Shown here: one piece after another, positions 36,465 through 48,923 of the stretch
How positions within the stretch are numbered: position 1 is the stretch's first letter
Layout: the number at the start of each line of letters is the position of its first letter
Origin: Podarcis liolepis
Lineage: Eukaryota
Assembly (NCBI GenBank): GCA_965112155.1
Contig: OZ218105.1
DNA length: 64,000 nt
Strand: one strand, 5' to 3'
Program-made: the position numbers and the translations under genes
Notes under the pieces: model-generated
The model's database searches: none
Told to the model about the DNA's origin: nothing
The model's input: the letters and a program-made list of their open reading frames with translations, nothing else

Positions 36465-38976
36465 GTTAATGTAATCAGTACCTTAGTTTTAAAATAAAAA
36501 GATATGCAATGGAAATAAATACTAGTGAAATATTTCTGGTAAAACCTTGATCTGAGTGATGAGCCAAGACTGGAACAATGGTTATACACAACCATTGGCT
36601 CTTCAGGTCACGGAATATAATTGGACTAAGGATCAGCAATACATTCCCTGTCCATTATATGAGTAGCACTACAACATGTAGTTGTAGCCCCTTCAACCAG
36701 TAAGGAGATTTAACAGCGCAGGAAGTAAGGCGTCTGCGTCCTTGGTCACTTCCAGGAGATCTTTCTAATGAGCATCCAGACTGATTTGTTTTCAGGGAGG
36801 CTAGATGACATTGTGTCGAAGCAAGTGTTACCCCACACTTCACTGCGCATGGCTCCATCACTGTCATCTTGGGGATCTTTGGGGAAAGCATGTTTCTTTC
36901 ACAAAAGCTTTAATTGCACAGCCTGAATTTGCCAGGATTTGATTGAATCCCACCCGAAAACGGCAACTGTCTGAAGGTGCCTTTTGATTTAGATTCCTTG
37001 ACAGCTACGTTGTTGTATTCTATCAATAAAATAACAACTGACTTCCAGCAATGTCAATAAATATTCCAATCCAAACAAGTAATGGCCATTAATGTAAATG
37101 TTTATTTCTTTGATCAGTCACTCGTTGCACTTTTAATCTGCACATTTAACATCAATAAATAGTGGAGGGGAGGGGAGATATCTAAAGTATAAATTATGTC
37201 TTAAAAAGATAAGCAGCATCAGGTTTGAGTGAGCTGACAGTTGAATCTATCTTGGTACTGCAGCAGTAAGCAACAACAACAATAGTACTTGCAATCCAAG
37301 TGTATAGGAACCACTATTTAAATTTCCCACAATGCCCCAGATCTATGTCAGAGTATTTGTGAGAAAATAAAATGGTGCCAGCTTTTAAAAGGCAGCCCAA
37401 CCCAGGTAGGCCCCTTCCTGGGTCCCCAGCAGTGCCCAGGAATGCTGTAAGTAAACATACCACTAAAAAATAAAGTAATAATAATAATAATGACTGGCCC
37501 CGAAACTTTTGTTCATGGCACTGTTTGTGATTGACCATAGAAATCATGACATGAAATAGGGAAGAAGACCATCTCTGTGGTATGTAAAAGCCATTTTAGT
37601 CTTTCTAGATGAAAACCAGCACTGCTAAGGTACTGAATGATGCTGAATGACTGGTGTAATGTGCTGATGGCAATCCACTTTTGCCTGCATAGTAGAGAAA
37701 AGCAAAATCTATATTTATATATAGCAGGGTAGGCATCAGCCAGAATACAGTTCGCCATCCTTTATGAACAGGTGAAGCACATTCTCTACTGTAAATCGAT
37801 TTTTATCCCATGGAGTTGATGGTCAGCAAAAATGCCCCCAAAGCTCAAGATCCTGAAGAACTATGATTGAAACACTGCATCACTTGCAAATTTAGAATCT
37901 CTAACGGTTTCTACAGAGGTTTTTGAGGCCAGGGTACCAAAAAAAAAGAGAAAGAGAAAGAAATCCATATTTTCACAACAGCCCAACTGCTAATTCAAGG
38001 GAATAAAAAATAATATAGCTGTTAAACACTTTTTTCTTTGCTTTGCTTTGCTTTGCTTTGCTGCTTCCTGTAGCAAAATAATAAAACATAAAGGGCACCG
38101 TTTCCATTATTTCGCTACCTGACCGGTTTTACATTTTAGCTGTTTGGTGAAAAACTGTCATGACTGGTTATATAGCTACTTTAAAGGAATGCGCTCATCA
38201 AGCTCTCTACACTGCAGACACTTTTTCTCAACCTCTGCTTCCCCCCTTCTCAGCCCACCCACCTCCCCTTATTTCTCACATTCACTTTCTTACTTTCTTG
38301 GCTGCCTCTTTTTTCCTTTTTTCAATCTTTCTCATCTCGCCTTTCCATTGTTATTCACCCTGTTTATTGCTTCAAGCAACCCTGACATACTGGACATCAT
38401 CTGAAACTACAAACGACAGGATGCAATAAGCTAGAGAATAGCAGTAATCTGAGGAAAGTTCTTCATTCACTCTTGCTCCTAACTCTCTGTCTTCTTATCC
38501 TACATAGAAAATAAAAAAATCAATACCACCTCACAGGGCTTGATAAAAGTGCTGGATGAGTACAGCAGGCATGCTGGATATAGTAAATTAAAGTGATCAA
38601 AATTTTCCAGTCGACTCTGCCTATAGCCTACATAAACTAACAACCCTGTCTGCAGAATGTCTGTCATTCGAGAAGCTTTATTTTATCTGTGTCTCTGATT
38701 ATCTAGAGACTGAATACATATGCTTCTACCTGTGTGCGTGGGCACTTTTATGTGTGTGCAAAACAGACGCTGTGGCAGATGTCTGCTTATGTGTACACTC
38801 GCACACATCTGCACTATCTCAATATCTCTTTCCAAAGATGCGTAAACAATATTAAAATGCGCAGAATTAAACATGGATCATCAACTCTTTGGGGGAGGTT
38901 GGGTTGGTTCGGTGGCTTTTTGATACTATAGAGCTGACAGCAAACAACCATTTCTGGTGTTGCAGCAGCCAAACAT

Positions 38977-39516
38977 TCATAGAATCATAGAATCATAGAG
39001 TTGGAATAGACCACAAGGGCCATTGAGTCCAACCCCCTGCCAAGCAGGAAACACCATCAGAGCACTCCTGACATATGGTTGTCAAGCCTCTGCTTAAAGA
39101 CCTCCAAAGAAGGAGACTCCACCACACTCCTTGGCAGCAAATTCCACTGTCAAACAGCTCTTACTGTCAGGAAGTTCTTCCTAATGTTTAGGTGGAATCT
39201 TCTTTCTTGTAGTTTGGATCCATTGCTCCGTTTCCGCTTCTCTGGAGCAGCAGAAAACAACCTTTCTCCCTCCTCTATGTGACATCCTTTTATATATTTG
39301 AACATGGCTATCATATCACCCCTTAACCTCCTCTTCTCCAGGCTAAACATGCCCAGCTCCCTTAGCCGTTCCTCATAAGGCATCATTTCCAGGGCTTTGA
39401 CCATTTTGGTTGCCCTCCTCTGGACACGTTCCAGTTTGTCAGTGTCCTTCTTGAACTGTGGTGCCCAGAACTGGACACAGTACTCCAGGTGAGGTCTGAC
39501 CAGAGCAGAATACAGT
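38977..39516 (-). mobile_element. Young 5'-truncated CR1 LINE
   Basis: ORF 39150..39404 [40 protein letters not shown]...FLTVRAV; (TTCTATGA)n tail; nearly identical to 16720-17127. Confidence 0.95.
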
Positions 39517-39764
39517 TGAATTTACACTGAAATTTTATGTTTGAAGCTCTGCAGGGCTGGCGCATTAGTGTTTCCTCTTTCCAACCTTATACTTGACTTT
39601 CAGGGGTGATGGCCATCAGTTGCTAGAGTGGAATTTGCCAGTGATTGGAGGACAGGTCTGACCTGGCATATGAACCCTTTTTGGGGTGGGTTAAGCTCAA
39701 TGACTGCCCAAGGTCATATAGTGAACTTCATTTAGTTGTTTGTTTAGCATTGCATTTATGTCCT

Positions 39765-39908
39765 ACCTGTGAGAGAGATTAGACCGTGAGAGTGGGTGAC
39801 TGGCCAAAGGACACCCAGTGAGATTCACAGTCCAACACTCTAGCCACTAACCCACACTGGTTGATCAGGGATGTGAACTGAGGTCTCCTCAGCCGTAGTC
39901 TAACATGC
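39765..39908 (-). mobile_element. Degenerate CORE/MIR-like SINE fragments
   Basis: cctgtgag...gtgactggccaaaggacacccagtgag...tccaacactctagccacta; a similar fragment lies at ~54468-54545. Confidence 0.6.
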
Positions 39909-39970
39909 CAACTCATTATTTTATGCAGCCAACTGATCTGACTAAATTGAGGATAATGCAATGTACTGCC

Positions 39971-40007
<37 letters not shown>
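39971..40007. repeat. (GATA)n microsatellite
   Basis: Direct reading. Confidence 0.95.
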
Positions 40008-40008
<1 letters not shown>

Positions 40009-40436
40009 GCTCTGCTGGCAATTTTTAACTCTCTTTGGGGTCTTTTTAGGGGCATGGTCACAAAAATTGACATGATGAGCTCCTGCACGTCAACATTTCC
40101 CACTATATAACTATGTTACCAAGAAGCTCTGGCTAGCTCATATGGGTATGTGATTTGGTTTTGCTCTCAGCAATGAGAGCATCATTTTGGTTATCAGGGA
40201 AAGCACCTCCAGCATGTGTCAGCACTGGCATAAGCTATAGGGCCCATGCCAATCAGGAACAGAGGTTGCGCCTTAGTCTAGTTAACTCCACAATGCAGTA
40301 TTCTATTTAATACAAGCAATCTGGGCAGCAATCTCCCATTGTGAGTAAATGGTTCCCAACCAGGAAGCACACCCTGCATTAATTAAATTAAGCATCACTT
40401 TTGAGTCTTATGATCATGCAGTACAGACAGAACAGA

Positions 40437-40822
40437 GATGATCTTGGTGGGTGGTTCCTTCGTCTGGCTGAGTGGTGTGCAGCCTGCTCTAGATGGGGTC
40501 ACACTCCCTCAGAAGGAGTAAGTTTATAGTTCTTGTGGGGGTTCTTGTGTATACATTGTGGTCAACTGAGGCACTGGTGGCCTCAGTGGCTCAGTGTGCC
40601 TTCCACTTCCTTAGGCTGGTGGCCCAACTACAACCCTATCTGGACAGGGGTAACTTGGCGACAGTAATCTAGGCTCTGGTAACCTCAAGACTGGACTACT
40701 GCAAGGCTGTTTATGTGGAACTTCCTTTGAGGACAATGCTGAAGCTTCAACTAGCACAGAACATGGCCGCCAGACTGCTAACAGGTTTGAAGCAGACAGG
40801 TCATATATAATACCAATTCCTT
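40437..40822 (+). mobile_element. L2 ORF2 (post-RT domain) fragment, degenerate
   Basis: Translates LDGVTLPQKE...AFHFLRLVAQLQPYLDRGNLATVI*ALVTSRLDYCKAVYVELP...LQLAQNMAARLLTG (SRLDYC and Q..QN.AARL motifs). Confidence 0.85.
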
Positions 40823-43056
40823 TTCCATGCAATGTTACTCATGTCCAAGCCCAGACCCTCGTTGAGAAAGCCCATTCAAATCCAGAATCTTCAATTATCT
40901 GAAGTTCTTTAAGAACTAAATAAACTGTTTTGTCTCTATAAGTTAATAGATCTTTTTAAAAGGAAAAAAAAGCTTTGCTCCTAGGCTAAGATCCATTTAC
41001 AATGGTCTGATAATCAAAATGCAAGCACAGGCTTCACAGAGGCAGTGCAAATTGTGCTGTTATAGCATGTGGATTTGTATTACATTGGGTTTGTGGCTAT
41101 GGTCATATGATACTTGACTCCTTCTTATGGCATTTTCTTTCTCAATGTTGAGATGCAATGGGCATGACTATTTCACAGGGAATTGAGGTTTCCACTCAGG
41201 AAGTTTGCAGAGCACACCCATTCCGTGAAGAGAGTATTTCGGCAGAAAGAAGGAAGGGAAGGTCAGCCCGGCTTATGAACAAAACATTAATATTTACAGA
41301 AATGAAAATTTCAAACCAAAACTGCTCGGCTAATTGATTTTTTATTTTTATTTTAGAATTAAAGAATTTGTGGAATAAATTCTGTTATGTGGGGGAAATG
41401 GCCACTTGTTTGTCACATTCCATACAAGGGATAGTCTCACCTCCAAGTTGTGCTGCTAGATGCTTTCCCAGAAGATGGGAATGTGGCCAGTAGGACTCCA
41501 ATCAAGGACAAAGAGGGAGCCCACCCCTGTAAAAGAGGGAGGGAGGTGCCCAGAGGTCTCAAACCAGGGCATGGGACCCATGCACCTTACTCTCTACACC
41601 ACCATGACAGATGACAGAAGAGGAGGCTGCCGGCATTCTCTCTGCTTACACTGGGGAAAAGAGGATTTGCACTGCAGTGGTTGGAGCTGCTAATATACGG
41701 GGAGGGGGGAAAATGTTTTCTGGTCTAAGGTCAATTTTGTAGATTAACCTTGTATATTTTCTTCAATTTGATACGATATCCAAATAGCCAAAAAATATCT
41801 GCATTGTTGTTTTAGAAAGAACAACAGATTAGAAAAAGGAATAAACATCCCTCTCTTCCCCCATTTCAGAGCTAGTTATCTTTGGGGAAGACATTTAGAT
41901 TTGCCTCATGGCCCCAGTTCCCATGGAACTGCAAAATGTATACATTGCTCATATTATGTATGTATGTTTGGTTGTTTATAATTCTCAGACTTTTCTATCT
42001 TGACCATGCCTGTGGCATATTCCTGTTTTTATATATGTATCAATGATATTTTGTTCTGGAATTCTCCTAGTTAGGAGAATTACTAAAACTCTCTCATCTC
42101 AAGCCATGGTTTAGTGGCTTTAGCCAAAGATTAATTTGTTCGCAATGCCATTAGACCTGAATAAATTGCCTGTCTTCCTCACCTCACAAATCATCCAAAT
42201 TTTGGAACAAAATTGGTTTTTTATTAATTATACTGTGTTTGATTCATTCCCATAAAATATTCTAGTATTATTCCTTGACGAATCCCACACTGCTGACCAA
42301 ATCCATTTGTACAAGCTTTTTCTGCAATTCGGTTTTGTGGTTATCATAGGGAAGAATCTTAGATTCATCTTCCAAATTCCTCATCCAATCAGAACACAGA
42401 TGGTTTCAAGAAATGTTGACATTTTGCAAAAGTTATAATTCCTGATAAATTATAATGTGGACTCAGCTTACATGAAGTAGGTATTTTCTTAAACAAAATA
42501 GAGAGAATGTGGGAATGTTATTTCTCTGAATTTCATGCTCCCAACCTTGGTCTATTATACCAACATTGCCAACAAATATTCAAACTGTAATGCATAGTCC
42601 GTGAGAAACCCCTTTTAGATATAGATCAAAATTAATGTTCAGATTCAGTTACAATATTTTGTTTTATATTCTGCAGTGGAGAATGTGTTAAATGCAATTA
42701 GTAAGCAGCTTTCTGCTATACCTCAAACACTGGCTGTTTTATTTCTCCTGTACTGCATTTGTTAAAAAATACTAAGGATATTTTTCACAATGAGATGGCC
42801 TGTGTTCAGCCAACAGTATTTTCCTCCTTGTAAACCAGTTTTACCCAGCATCCTTTTCTAATGGCTTTGCAATGCTGAGGTGCCTACAACGTGCTCTGCT
42901 TGGCTCAATCTGTTTTATGCTCTTGTCTGATATTTTCAAGGGTTTTTAATCACAACAGCGGCAGATTGATCAATGACAGATATGAGCAACAACTTTTGCA
43001 TGCTAACAGTGCAGGATTTTTTATCTGTGATAATATTTCTCTCTTAAAAGGCCTCT

Positions 43057-43212
43057 NNNNNNNNNNNNNNNNNNNNNNNNNNNNNNNNNNNNNNNNNNNN
43101 NNNNNNNNNNNNNNNNNNNNNNNNNNNNNNNNNNNNNNNNNNNNNNNNNNNNNNNNNNNNNNNNNNNNNNNNNNNNNNNNNNNNNNNNNNNNNNNNNNNN
43201 NNNNNNNNNNNN
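43057..43212. other. Assembly gap (156 N)
   Basis: Run of N. Confidence 1.
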
Positions 43213-44326
43213 AGTGAGGGTGTAATTCTTTTGTATCACTTTTGTTGTGTGGAAGACGGGGCAATTCCTCAATTGCAGCTAAGATTGCTGATATCCTTCA
43301 TTGCTTCTCCTCTTCAGCCTGCGACGGCTAATGCTTTAAGCCTGCTTGGTCCTGTCATTAGGAATAATGGCCATTAGGATTTACCTCTTTAATCACAACT
43401 AAGATTAACAGATGGTATGAACCTAACTTCTTAAAATTATCTAGTTATTAGCAAGTATTTCTCCTTAACACGTTAATAACATTTGTTTTTCTTAACAGCA
43501 TGGGCTGTGGCCCAGGAACCCTGCATCAATATTGGAATTTGTCACATGCTTAGTCTTCCTTGTTTGCTATAGCTATTGTAATTTCAGTGTATATAAACTC
43601 ATGTGTATACAGCTACATGCATATGTGTGTGATGTGTGCACATGTACAGTATATATAACACACATGCAGAGCGAGAGAGAGGGAGGGAGATTAAAACAGG
43701 ACCATAAATCCCAGTGCTTAACACTCACAGTAATCTGGAAACATCATGTGCACAGTTATGCCCATTTGCATGATGTTCAAATCAAAATAAAGTTAAATCC
43801 TAAGCATGTTTACTTGCAAGTAACTGAGCTCACTAAAGGCTATTCCCATGTTCTCAGATGTGTTCAAGATTAAATTTCAAAACACACACACACAAACACA
43901 CAACAATGCTGCATTTTAAGAGCATTTGCTGTTGTTATGTTTTCATACCTCAGAACCTGAAATATACATTTTGTAGACAGTGTGTTCTGAAACGGGTGAT
44001 GGCCATCCTTTAAATGAAACCTCCCCTGTAGGAGAACAAGATCAAATGTTAATATACTGCATGTCTGGAATCATTTATTGTATTTTGGCTTTTCAAATGG
44101 AATGCAAACAAAGTTATATACTGGTCACTACTTTTGATATTATCCAAATGTGATACCTCCCAGAATTATTATTATCAATTGGTTTTATATACTTTTTAAA
44201 TGAACAATGGGCTTTGAAAAGTTTGACTCATTTATCATTACAGCAGTGTTGTGAGACAGTGATTTGCCCAAAGATCCTTGGGTGGATTTGCAGCTGAGCT
44301 GTGGAGCAGCCCCATGTTTATTTGTT

Positions 44327-44369
<43 letters not shown>

Positions 44370-45057
44370 GCAAGTTTTATACGGTATACCACTTAATAAA
44401 AAAAAATCTAGGTTGCTTACATAAAATGTTATAAAGTACTCATTTAAAAAGAGCAATAAAAACAGCCTTAAATAATAGTAGATATAATAACATTATCAAA
44501 ACATAGATAAAAATCAATGTTTTACTCAGAGCACATCCACTGAAATCAATGGGCAAGGATAGCTTAGATCCATTTACTTTACAACTGGTATGCTCTGATT
44601 TAAAAAACAAATCTATGTAATAAAATTAGCATGTCCGGCTAGGATTGCCTAAACTACATGAATGGACCTGCCTAATATCAAGTGCTGTCACACTAAAAGT
44701 TTGGGTTTTTTGCAAGGGCAGAATGAACATTACGGGGCACTTCAAGCCAAACAACCTTTGTGCTAATGTAAAAACCCTGATCCTTAAACATTGGGAATTA
44801 AACTCTGTAGATGCCAAAGGATTCTTTTAAACAACTGGTTAAGCCCAAGATCAGTAAAACAACAAGTTCATTAGGACCAACCAAAGTTCACAATAAGCCC
44901 ACAATTCATCTAGAAATTCATAACACCATGTGGGGCAACTTTGGTAAAAAAAAAAAAATGTTTGCAATTAAGCATCTATGCAACCACCTACTCTACTGGG
45001 TGTTGCTTCGTTTGGTTTGCTTTTATGACATTTTTCTTAGAATTTAAATGAAGCCTG

Positions 45058-45239
45058 CTAAACATCAGGAAGAACTTTCTGACAGCAAGAGCTGACAGAC
45101 AGTGGAATGGTCTCCCTCAAGAGGTGGCGGACTCTCCTTCATTGGAGGTTTTTAAGCAGAGATTCCTTCAGTGCAGAGGGTTGGACTACATGACCTTTGG
45201 GATCTTTTCCAGTTCTACAGTTCTATTATTCTATTATTC
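45058..45239 (+). mobile_element. CR1 3' end, internally deleted
   Basis: Translates [35 protein letters not shown], then CR1 3' UTR and ttctatta tail. Confidence 0.85.
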
Positions 45240-46002
45240 ATTTAGCCATTCTCAATGAAGAACCTCTTCATATGCCTTCTTTAGGTGTACCCTTAAGACA
45301 TCATCTTGTGTATGTGTGTGTCTTCTGCTGCAATTCTATGCACCCTTACTTCAGAGTAAGTCCCAGTATGTTTCATCTAGGTAGTACAGAATTGTGCTAT
45401 ATATCTAGATTGGGGCTATTCTCATTAAATTTACTTTTATTTGTCTTTTCTAAGAATCCATACATTCAAAATTCCATGGCTGGTCATTAAAACTAAATAT
45501 GCTGTGGTCACCAAAAATAAATAGTTCTTTCTGAATAATTGTTTTTATTCTGCGCTGTTAAATGCATATTGCATTGGTAGAAAGGCAAGCCTAAGAGAAG
45601 ATGATATATCTGCCTAAGGACTTCCGCCAAAATAGGTTTCTCATTCTTGCTGAAGTTGCACTGCTAATATTGTTATTGAAACTTCAGGGGAAATGCCGAA
45701 GGATATAAAATAAGATATAATAAGACTAGTGATATATCAACAGCAAGTTCCCTGATGTGAGTAGAAACATGTGCTAAGTAAACATAGCAATGCTTTGCAT
45801 GTTTACTTAGAAGTAAGTCCCATTGAGTTCAGTGGGATTTGCTCACAAATAATTGTGAATTGGATTACAGCTTTAGCTGCAATCTTATAGCCCCATACTT
45901 GAGGGCAAGTCCCATTGAACTCAGTAGGATTTACTTCTAAATAATCCTAGAGAAATATAGGATTGCACTGTTAATCATGTTTTTATACATTATAGAGAAT
46001 TC

Positions 46003-46005
<3 letters not shown>

Positions 46006-46056
<51 letters not shown>
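46006..46056. repeat. (AG)n microsatellite
   Basis: Direct reading. Confidence 0.95.
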
Positions 46057-46060
<4 letters not shown>

Positions 46061-48719
46061 CAGAGCAAGAAATACTTTCCTAATGGGTATCAGTCACTAA
46101 ACTTGAGGGACTGATAGGATGTAGTAACGATTGCAAACACACTTCAGTAGTGCAAATGTGCTTACTAAGTAAGCTTTAAACATTTAAACCCAAGATTTAA
46201 TGCATTACAGGGAAACTGCTTAACCATTGTGTTCAATTTTATATGCAGGTTGTTTCCTGTCAATTCTGGTGATAAACTTTGCAAAGAAAAACTAAATAAC
46301 AGTGGTCAATGAGAAGCCCAGGCGTACACAGAATATCCATACCAAACACCATCCCAATGTCATTTACTTATTTGGAAGAGAAAATTTTCAGCCTGCTGCT
46401 ACCAGGAAGTTTGACATTGAAGAGGCAACTGGGAATAAGATATTGTTCCAAGTGATCTAATTCTGCCCTCAGTACTACCATTTCAACATAGCTTCTAAGT
46501 TTAAATGTCTGCAAATGTTTACTCAGAAATTGTTATCACTATGTTCAGTTGCATGTATTACAAAATAACTGAGCACAGTATTGCAGACCTAAGCCATCTC
46601 AACTAGACCATAGGATACAGGTAGTTACTAGAACTGGACAGAAAGCAGTGCTGCCAACCATCCATTATTTTACTGGAAACACCAACAAACTGAATTTTTC
46701 AGAAGTTAAGTGTACTATGAATCTGAGAAGCAGATCCGTAATTTTGTTTAGTTTTGCTATGTACAGTATTCCATGCTGTGAATCAGTAGTGGGAAAACTG
46801 TGACTCTCCCATGCATGTGGGGGTCTTTTACTTAATTTCCCATCATCAGATGGAGCTGATGAAAAGTGGAGTCCTCCAACATCTGGAGAACCATAAGTTG
46901 TCTACCTCTGGTTTATCCCAACCAGGCTCTGCATGACCCACCAAGCTTTATCCAGAATAACAGTGATAATGCTGATTTATTAGATTTCTTATCCAATCTT
47001 CACTATAAAATTCCATAACGGGTTGCAACCATGTAAAAAAAAAATATGTAACATTAAAATCAGTTTAAACTATTTAGAGTGCACCAGTCTCACCCAGGGT
47101 CTACCTCTGGCTTTCCTTTTTTCTCTGAGCTGCCAGGTTACAGTCTGCTTCCACCTCCTGACCCTGCCCACTGGGCAAGCATTTATGAGATCAAAGCTTG
47201 GCAGCCCACATCAACTTGGACAGAGAAGGAAAAACGAACGGTTTGGGGATTTAAACCTTCCTTCACATTAATAACTAAATTGCAGATTAACTGAAAGGCA
47301 GGTAATCTGCCCACGTAATCTGCTGGCCCCAGAAACTGTAACTGAGCCCTAACTTATGTTGACATGGCACTTTGAAAAGAAAAGCACACCATTTGCATTT
47401 AACTACAGTGCTGTACGGGATGTCAGATTCATGTTCAGTGTCCTGAACATTTGCAAGAGGGGAAAAAACATTCAGAGAATAAGCCATGTGTATCCCCAGT
47501 ATATACTTAGACAGATTAGTATTTGTCTGAGTCTGTATATATAACAGACTCTTGAGAAAACTAATAAGAACACCTAATACATTTGTTTGCTTTTAAATGT
47601 TTCAGGCTCTCTCTTCCCCCCAGGCCAATACTATTTTCCCACAAACCACTGTCTGGCTGCTCACTTTGCTCCCCTGACGCCCTAATTCCAACCCTGTGTC
47701 ACTCATGGCAGTCAATCAGTAGTGTTGCAAGGTCAGCTGAGACATGGATTTCTAATAAGATTAAAGCTCATGAGTATGGTTTTAGCCCTTTTCTTTTCTG
47801 AGGCAGAGGAGCCGTATTACTGGTGTGATCAAGATATTCGCTTCTTACATGTACTAACCTGCTTGCATTCCACAATGACCCCACTGCTCTTAAGGAATCC
47901 ATTCTCTCCTCTCCAGTAGCAAATTGAACCAGTTCAATTAATACAAAAGACCAACAATACTGTGGCTGTGTGGAGATGATTTCCACATGGTATAATTGTA
48001 AGCACTGTCAAATTGCGTGCCAGGTTCGCATGTTCTGTGGTTCCCAAAATCAGACTGCCAGAATTTTACTTTCAAATATTTCTTTTTAGCTTTGGGTGCT
48101 GTAATATGTCGAGAAACCAACTAGCAGCAGTTCAACTCAGTATTTATCAATACCATTCATGTGTTTGTGGCTTAATAAGACATAACAGTGTTGTGAGTTT
48201 CCATAGTATTAGTGATCTTATACTTAGTTCCACCATATTGTTTTATCTGGTCACATGAAGCTCCCTTTCATGGATCTGTACTGGGCTGTCTATTCTCTAT
48301 TCACCACCTGCTGTTCTAGAATAAACAGCATATATGCAAATAAGTAGCTACCCAGTATGTTTATACACATATTTGCAAAAATCATTGCCTGCTTGTAGAC
48401 ATGTCTAGTTCATTTCCAGTGGTGATGTAGCGAGGTAATCTTAGACCCTGGACTTAATTGTCTTATTGTGGGAGGTAGGCTTTAGATGGCCATGTGCATG
48501 ACTTCAGTTGTGTAGCACATAATTAAAAATTAACTGCAACCATGAAGGCCCCTTTCCTGGTCACCATCTGCCTGACTTCAGTATGTGAGAGAAGGCTGTT
48601 CTTCAAGTGCTAGATCACTCCAACAATATACCATTGTTCCTCAGCATTTGAAGAGCCAGAAGATACCATACAACTTGGGGGGGGGGCTTGCAACCCCCTA
48701 GTCTCTTTGGACCCATGTA

Positions 48720-48923
48720 CAGTGGTACCTCGGGTTAAGTACTTAATTCGTTCTGGAGGTCCGTTCTTAACCTGAAACTGTTCTTAACCTGAAGCACCAC
48801 TTTAGCTAATGGGGCCTCCTGCTGCTGCCGTTCTCATCCTGAAGCAAAGTGATTAACCTGAAGCACTATTTCTGGGTTAGCGGAGTCTGTAACCTGAAGC
48901 GTATGTAACCTGAGGTACCACTG
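48720..48923 (-). mobile_element. Tigger-like MITE (inverted relative to 6122-6323)
   Basis: TIR CAGTGGTACCTC, TA TSD. Confidence 0.92.

Noticed and set aside
41357-41493. Strong plus-strand acceptor followed by a 45-codon open frame
   Set aside because: No donor or recognisable peptide; ends in a stop without a clear 3' UTR.
41720-42570. AT-rich stretch with a GIRQG-like minus-strand translation, suggesting an L1 RT remnant
   Set aside because: The expected downstream CPLSP motif is absent and frames are full of stops; cannot be supported by eye.
42891-43272. ORFs containing X runs (also 55505-56197)
   Set aside because: Artefacts of translating through N gaps.
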